This document shows positions 58,443 through 64,000 of a DNA stretch of 64,000 nucleotides, piece by piece. The DNA lies in NCBI GenBank assembly GCA_902778455.1, contig CACYXR010000017.1:60794-124793 (forward strand), in the 5' to 3' direction. Every line of letters starts with the position of its first letter. Positions within the stretch are counted from its first letter, which is position 1. Both the position numbers and the translations under genes were made by a program. Below the pieces are notes generated by a model, which saw only the letters and a list, made by a program, of their open reading frames with translations, ran no database searches and was not told the DNA's origin. The stretch is from an uncultured Selenomonadaceae bacterium. Its GTDB lineage: Bacteria > Bacillota > Negativicutes > Selenomonadales > Selenomonadaceae.

Positions 58443-60413
58443 TCAGATTCTGAATTTCCCGATGGCCGTCTGCAGATCGGTGGCCAGCGTTGCCAGCGAC
58501 TGGGACGCCGACGCGATTTCCTGGCTGGACGCCGACTGTTCTTCCGCCGCCGCCGAGATCGTCTGCGTATGCTCAGCTGTCTTGCGGCTGACGCTGTCGA
58601 TGTCGTCCACCGCCAAGACGATATTCTGCGTGTTCTTGGAAACCTTGTCCACGGAGCCGCTGATGCCCTGCATTTTCGCCTCGATGTTCGTGACCATGCT
58701 CATGATCTCGGAGAACTGCTCGCCCACCTCACGGATGGCCTGCGCGCCCTGCTGGACCTCGTTCGTGCCGCTTTCCATGGAAACGACGGCGTCCGCCGTG
58801 TCGCCCTGGATCACGGAAATACGCTGCTTGATTTCCTCCGCCGACTGCTGGGACTGCTCGGCCAGCTTGCGAACCTCCTCGGCGACAACGGAGAACCCGC
58901 GGCCCGCCTCGCCAGCGCGCGCCGCCTCGATGGCCGCGTTCAGCGCGAGAAGGTTCGTCTGGTCGGCAATCGCCGAAATGCTTTCGACAATCTGCCCGAT
59001 CTGCTTGGAATTCTCGCCCAGCTTTTTGACCACATCGGCGGAACTCATGACGCTGGACTCGATCTGCTCCATGCGGTGCATCGCGTCCTGCATCAGCGTC
59101 GAGCCGTGCTCAGCGGCTTCCTTCGTGCGCTCCGAATCTTCCGCGGCTTCCTTCGCCTGCTCGGTCATGTTCTGGATGTCGATAAACGCGGCATCCACGT
59201 TCTGCTTCGCCTGATCGATATTCGTGAGCTGCTTGTCCATGCCGCTCGCGACCTCGACGACAGTCTCCGCGACATTCGTTGCCGCCTGTGCCGCTTGATG
59301 GGCGCCCGCCGTCAGTTCCTCGGAGGAGGAAGCCACCTGCTCCGACGTGCTGCTCATCTGGCCAATCAGCGATTTCAGATTCTTCTGCATCTCATTGAAC
59401 GCGCCGGTCAGCGAGCCGATCTCATCGGAGGACTCCACCGGGATCGGCGGCATGCGCAGGTTGCCCGCCGCCATTTCTTTCGCGTCCTTTTCCAGCTCGA
59501 TGATCGGGCCGGTGATGCGGCTCGCGAATTGCAGGCAGAGAAACGTGACGAGAACCAGCCCCGCGACCACCGCGATCGTATAAGTGTAACGCATACGGAT
59601 CAGGGACGCGTAGACGAAATCATACGGCACCGCGAGGCCGATGATCCAGCCCGTGGACGGGATCGTGCGGTACGCGAAGACGTTCGTGCCGTCCTTCGAC
59701 TCATAAGTGAAAAAGCCCTTCTTGTTCTGCACCATCTGGTCGAAGCGCGCGCCGATGTCCGGGATCGACTTGAAATCCGACATCTGCTGATGGTCGCCGC
59801 CGGAGGCCAGTATCTTGCCCGTAGGCTCGATGATGATGCCGATGCCCTGTTTCTGGTACTTGATTTTCTTCGCCTGCTCCGTCACCACGTCGAGGCCGAC
59901 GTCCGTGCAGAGCGCGCCGCCGAAAGCACCGTTCACTTTGAAGGGCGCCGCCGCCGAAACGACCAGCTTGTTCGTGTTCTTGTCCACATACGCCTCGGTG
60001 AAAATCGCCTTGCCCGCCGCCTTCGTGTCCTTGTACCAAGGACGCGTGCGCGGATCCATGCGGCCCGTGCCGTCGCCGGTATGCAGCGACGCGAAATAGC
60101 CGTCCTCCATGCCGATATTGAGATCCAGAATTTCCTTGTCGTCCGCCACCGACGACAGCGACTCGATGGACTTGAGCCGCGCCATGTCGCCCTTGAAGCC
60201 CGTCATCAGGCTCGCCGCGTAAGTCGCCGACGCCTTCTTCTCGCGCAGCCAGCCTTCCAGTTCCTCGGCCTCCGCGCGCACCGTGTAGTTGATTTCCCCC
60301 TCGATGCTCGCGTTGAGGTTCGTGCTTGCCGTGTAGTAGCCGATGATGGAAACGATTGCCAGGAGCAGCCCCACCACGCCGGAAAGAACGAAAAACTTTT
60401 GCTTGATGCCCAT
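58443..60413 (-). CDS. methyl-accepting chemotaxis protein (dCache-type sensor, HAMP, MA domain)
   Basis: ATG at 60413 ([12 protein letters not shown]...) preceded by AAGGGGGA. Paralog of 53708-55672. Confidence 0.92.
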   Translation of the reverse strand: MGIKQKFFVLSGVVGLLLAIVSIIGYYTASTNLNASIEGEINYTVRAEAEELEGWLREKKASATYAASLMTGFKGDMARLKSIESLSSVADDKEILDLNIGMEDGYFASLHTGDGTGRMDPRTRPWYKDTKAAGKAIFTEAYVDKNTNKLVVSAAAPFKVNGAFGGALCTDVGLDVVTEQAKKIKYQKQGIGIIIEPTGKILASGGDHQQMSDFKSIPDIGARFDQMVQNKKGFFTYESKDGTNVFAYRTIPSTGWIIGLAVPYDFVYASLIRMRYTYTIAVVAGLVLVTFLCLQFASRITGPIIELEKDAKEMAAGNLRMPPIPVESSDEIGSLTGAFNEMQKNLKSLIGQMSSTSEQVASSSEELTAGAHQAAQAATNVAETVVEVASGMDKQLTNIDQAKQNVDAAFIDIQNMTEQAKEAAEDSERTKEAAEHGSTLMQDAMHRMEQIESSVMSSADVVKKLGENSKQIGQIVESISAIADQTNLLALNAAIEAARAGEAGRGFSVVAEEVRKLAEQSQQSAEEIKQRISVIQGDTADAVVSMESGTNEVQQGAQAIREVGEQFSEIMSMVTNIEAKMQGISGSVDKVSKNTQNIVLAVDDIDSVSRKTAEHTQTISAAAEEQSASSQEIASASQSLATLATDLQTAIGKFRI

Positions 60414-60632
60414 AATACCATATCCCCCTTTGAAATGATATGACATTATGCCTATACCAGCGCACAATATCCAATTGTAAGAATTATACCGTACATAAAA
60501 GAGAATATCAATATGAATTTTTATCCTAATTATTTATCTAGGAATTATGCCCCACAAAAAATATAGGCAAAAAAATGGGCGCTCTTCAAAAATCCGCGCC
60601 TTTTTTCATGCTATTTTCATGTTATGTTCGTT

Positions 60633-60648
60633 TGTTTCACGTGAAACA
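60633..60648. promoter_or_regulatory. parS: parS, perfect palindrome TGTTTCACGTGAAACA
   Basis: Exact consensus parS with the same extended ~39-nt flanks as the copy at 571-586. Confidence 0.75.
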
Positions 60649-60763
60649 TTTTTTCGAAAATATTTTTTCTCTCTTCCGAAATTTTCCCAAACATAAAACC
60701 GTGAAATGCTTGTGATTTCACGGTTTTAATAAATTGTGCAAAAATTTTCAGGTTATGTTCGTT

Positions 60764-60779
60764 TGTTTCACGTGAAACA
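60764..60779. promoter_or_regulatory. parS: parS, perfect palindrome TGTTTCACGTGAAACA
   Basis: Second parS, 131 bp from the previous one, with the same flanking unit TTTTCAGGTTATGTTCGTT-parS-TTT. Confidence 0.75.
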
Positions 60780-60796
60780 TTTCTTCGGAAAAGGCG

Positions 60797-60830
60797 CAAA
60801 AAAGCGACGCCGAAAAGCGCCGCCTTTTTT
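60797..60830. terminator. terminator hairpin downstream of the SBP-PAS-GGDEF gene
   Basis: AAAAAAGCGACGCCGAAAAGCGCCGCCTTTTTT: GC stem with an A-run and a T-run. Confidence 0.6.
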
Positions 60831-60863
60831 GGATTCATTTTGTTTCTCCGAAAAACCGAAGAA

Positions 60864-63800
60864 TCAGATGTCCATCCTATTATTTTTTGCTGCCTTCAAG
60901 TTGCTCTTGTTCACATACATGTTCTGGTCGGCCCGTTCAAACACCGGGGCTACGCAGGCGTCGTTCGCGAACTTCGACATGCCGCAGGCGATGACGATTC
61001 CTCCGTCGTGCCCTGCTTTCCTGTTGTGGTCGCTCATTTTCCCGATCAATTCCTCGATGCACTGATAATCGGCGTCCTGCACGATCACGGCGAATTCGTC
61101 GCCGCCGAGGCGGAAAACCGGGCTGTGCTTGAAGATATCGCAGATGATTTTGCAGGCGTCCCGGATATGCTGGTCGCCCGCGTGATGGCCGAGAGTATCG
61201 TTGATTTCTTTCAGGTCGTTCACGTCGAGAATCACGATGGCGAAATCCGAGGCGCGGTGCTCGGCAATCTGGCGATCCAGTTGTTCCTCCGCCTCCAGAT
61301 ACGCGTGCCTGTTTTTCACGCCCGTCAGCGGGTCAAGGTTGACCTCGCGCTGCGCCTGGGCAAGCTGTTTCGAATATTCTTCCTCCTGCCGGACCTGGGC
61401 GTCGATATTGTTGACGCCGACAATCAGCTGGCGCCCTTCCGCGTCCTCGACCACGGCGGCCTTGAGACGCACATAGCAATACTTGCCGTTGAACATCATA
61501 CGGTAGCTGATCGCAAAGATGCCGCTGCGCTCGATCTCGGCCAGGATGCCTTCCTTTGTGAACAGGGAAAGGAAACGCTCCAAATCGTCAGGATAGATAA
61601 TGCCTTCCGCATTTTTCCTTGAAGTTCCGAAAAAGTCCACGCCTTCCTTCGGGATCGCGAAACTATCCAATTCGGAGACCGCACTGAATTCACGGTACCG
61701 CTCAGTCTCGGGATCGATGACATAAATGCAGATATAGTCCCCGGTCAGCGCGTAGATACGGGAGTATGCGATGCGCTCCTCCTTCATCTTCTCTTCCGCA
61801 TGGCGTCTCTTCACCTGCTCGTCGATATCCGTCACGCCGATGATGATGAAGCGGTCATCATCATCCATGCGCGATACCCGCAGATTGACATAGACCGGAC
61901 CGTTTTCCGAAAGCAGGCGGTAGGGCATCATAAAGACGCCGTCCCGATCCAGGGCGTCCATGAGATTATTGCGGCTCAGGGCCTTCAAAACACCGTCCCT
62001 GTCGTCGGGATGAATCAGCCGGCCGATGTCCGCCTTGCACGCCGCAAAGAAATCCTCGCCCCGCCGCGTCTCCGTCAGCTCGCCTGTTTCCCCGTCGGTG
62101 CGGTATTCTATGAACACCCCGGTGTCGAGATTGACATAGTAAAAATCGATATAGCCACGAGCAAGGGTCTTGGCGATATGGGTAAAAATGACGCTGGTGC
62201 TCTTCACCCTTTCGTAGGCTTCCTTCGTGGCGGCGTTTTCCCGCTGGATCCGCACATTGTCAGTCAAATCCTGACATATTCCGAGCAGACAGAGCCGACC
62301 GGAAGCGTCGATATATTTCAGCTTTGTCGTCTGGAACTGCTTCGCGTTTCCGGCGGCGTCCAGCACGTCCTCAAAAAAGATATGCGGCTCCACCATCGAC
62401 AGCGCTATACGATCGTCCCGAATAAAATGCGCCGCCGTCTCCGCATCGAATATTTCCTCGTCGGTCAGGCCGATCACGCCCTCCGGGTTCGGCTTGTGCG
62501 CGTAGTCCGCGAAGGCTTGGTTGCAGGCCAGATAAACGCCTGTCTTCGCATCCTTGGAAAAATTCAGCCCCGGAATATTGTCCAGCAGGGACGTCAAGGA
62601 CTGCTTCAGTTCGGCGACCTTTGCCGCCTCCTCCAGCAGCCGCTGCTGCTCGTTCGCCTTCCGTTCCGCTTTCAGCTTTTGCAGCAGCAGGATTATGATG
62701 ACCAAAAACACCGCCGAGAGGCCGGCTATGACGCCGAGCCAGTGCTCCTTCAGGAATTGCGCGGAAGTCATTTTCTGGCTGGTATAGGCATAGGAGGCCA
62801 GCGCGGCATCCATATCCCCGCTCTTTGTCAACGCGGCTGTTTTGTTCAGTATGAAAAAGAGCTCGCGGTCCGCCTTGTTCACCGCGAAGGAAAGCGGCAT
62901 GGATTCCCCCGTCGGCACGAAAAAGAATTTGTACTGCGCTATGATGGGCTCAATCTCATGGATCCGGTAATTGCTGACGAGAACGCAGTCCGCCTCGCCG
63001 GAGGCCAGCGCCCGGAATCGCGCGTCAGGATCGTTAAAACGGAGCAGCTTGCTGTCGGGATAGTAATCCTTGATGAAGGTCTCGATATTTTTGTTTCCCT
63101 GGTTGATGGCAAAGGTGATATCGCCGTTCCGAAAGATGTGCCGATGATGGTCCGAAGCGCGCAAAATCACCTGCATTTCCGTCTTCATCGCCGGATTCGT
63201 CAGCAGTATGCCCAGCTTATCGGACGCGTAGGAATCGAGATTGACCGGGAATACGCAGTCAACCTCGCCGTTTTTCATCGCTTCCAGCGCCGCCTCCGTC
63301 GTCGGATAGGCCACCGTTTCAAAGTGGATTTCCGCAGACTTCAGATTGTTCGCGGCGCGGGCAATATAATCCCTCAGCGCGCCTGTCAGTTCGCCTGTTT
63401 TCGGATCTTTCGCGCAGAACGGCAGATAATTGTCCCTGTAGCCGATCCGGATCGCCCCATGCTTTTCGATCCACTCCTCCTGCTCCGACGTCAGAAAACC
63501 GTTCGTCTTGGTCAGGGAAAGATTTTCCTCATACAATCTCTGGTTGAAAAATGGGTCGTCGTCCTGGATGGCGGCCAGCGCCATATTCAAATCCTTCAGC
63601 AAATCCGGCCGATTCTTGTTGACGGCATAATAAAACTCCGAAGAGCCGATCCGGCAGATCGGAACGACTTTCCCCTTGGCGCCGAACGTGTTTGTCGTGA
63701 CATAGCCGTCGATCTCGCCCTTCGCCAGCATCTCCATCGAGCCCGCCTCTTCCGCCGACAACGGGACGACTTCAATGGAAAGATTATTTCTTTGCGCCCA

Positions 63801-64000
63801 GCCTCTCAGGAACCCTTCCTGCACGCTTCCCTGGTTGACGCCGATCCTTTTCCCGTTGAAGGACGTCAGATGTTCCAAAGAGATTTCCTTGTTCCTGGAA
63901 TCAATGTAGAGATAGTAAGTCTCGGCCCCCATGGGCAGCTCCGGGAAAAGCATGGAAGCGGAGCGTTCATCCGTATAGGAAACGTCGCTCAGCAGGTCGA
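60864..64000 (-). CDS. tandem SBP_bac_3 sensor - TM - PAS repeats - GGDEF diguanylate cyclase (5' end outside the window)
   Basis: The reading frame stays open to the window edge. Two periplasmic-binding-type domains, a TM segment (WLGVIAGLSAVFLVIIILLL), PAS-like repeats, and an intact GGDEF site (RLGGDEFAVIV). Confidence 0.88.
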   Translation of the reverse strand, partial: DLLSDVSYTDERSASMLFPELPMGAETYYLYIDSRNKEISLEHLTSFNGKRIGVNQGSVQEGFLRGWAQRNNLSIEVVPLSAEEAGSMEMLAKGEIDGYVTTNTFGAKGKVVPICRIGSSEFYYAVNKNRPDLLKDLNMALAAIQDDDPFFNQRLYEENLSLTKTNGFLTSEQEEWIEKHGAIRIGYRDNYLPFCAKDPKTGELTGALRDYIARAANNLKSAEIHFETVAYPTTEAALEAMKNGEVDCVFPVNLDSYASDKLGILLTNPAMKTEMQVILRASDHHRHIFRNGDITFAINQGNKNIETFIKDYYPDSKLLRFNDPDARFRALASGEADCVLVSNYRIHEIEPIIAQYKFFFVPTGESMPLSFAVNKADRELFFILNKTAALTKSGDMDAALASYAYTSQKMTSAQFLKEHWLGVIAGLSAVFLVIIILLLQKLKAERKANEQQRLLEEAAKVAELKQSLTSLLDNIPGLNFSKDAKTGVYLACNQAFADYAHKPNPEGVIGLTDEEIFDAETAAHFIRDDRIALSMVEPHIFFEDVLDAAGNAKQFQTTKLKYIDASGRLCLLGICQDLTDNVRIQRENAATKEAYERVKSTSVIFTHIAKTLARGYIDFYYVNLDTGVFIEYRTDGETGELTETRRGEDFFAACKADIGRLIHPDDRDGVLKALSRNNLMDALDRDGVFMMPYRLLSENGPVYVNLRVSRMDDDDRFIIIGVTDIDEQVKRRHAEEKMKEERIAYSRIYALTGDYICIYVIDPETERYREFSAVSELDSFAIPKEGVDFFGTSRKNAEGIIYPDDLERFLSLFTKEGILAEIERSGIFAISYRMMFNGKYCYVRLKAAVVEDAEGRQLIVGVNNIDAQVRQEEEYSKQLAQAQREVNLDPLTGVKNRHAYLEAEEQLDRQIAEHRASDFAIVILDVNDLKEINDTLGHHAGDQHIRDACKIICDIFKHSPVFRLGGDEFAVIVQDADYQCIEELIGKMSDHNRKAGHDGGIVIACGMSKFANDACVAPVFERADQNMYVNKSNLKAAKNNRMDI

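Overview
GC-rich (judged by eye, not computed) chromosomal segment of a spore-forming, motile Firmicutes/Clostridia-type bacterium. The taxon call rests on bofA, the YbaB-RecR pair, an RpoE delta-subunit homolog, Tex, the DUF1934-argS-rpoE-pyrG synteny, CheV and several MCPs. Most genes are on the minus strand. Housekeeping blocks: ybaB-recR-bofA, folP-folB-folK, tRNA-Ser(GCU), tex, DUF1934-argS-rpoE-pyrG, murA and queF. These are interleaved with a TAXI-TRAP transporter and an unusually dense set of signalling genes: 3 MCPs, CheV, several receiver proteins, FIST-GGDEF, HD-GYP, PAS-GGDEF-EAL, SBP-PAS-GGDEF, a LytS-type kinase and a disrupted hybrid kinase. Three perfect parS palindromes and a 4-box DnaA-box cluster suggest the window is origin-proximal (inference). 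Items most worth follow-up: (1) an orphan Nif11-like double-glycine peptide precursor on an AT-rich cassette bounded by inverted repeats, sitting between paralogous MCP genes; (2) a secreted, extremely Asp/Tyr-rich peptide encoded by a trinucleotide-repeat tract; (3) a nine-gene operon-like cluster in which normally cytoplasmic redox and small-molecule enzyme families nearly all carry Sec or Tat export signals; (4) a hybrid histidine kinase split by an in-frame amber codon plus a frameshift; (5) two families of structured MITE/REP-like intergenic repeats and a duplicated 47-nt motif. No CRISPR array, rRNA gene or transposase/integrase gene was seen. All domain calls come from reading motifs by eye; no database search was run.
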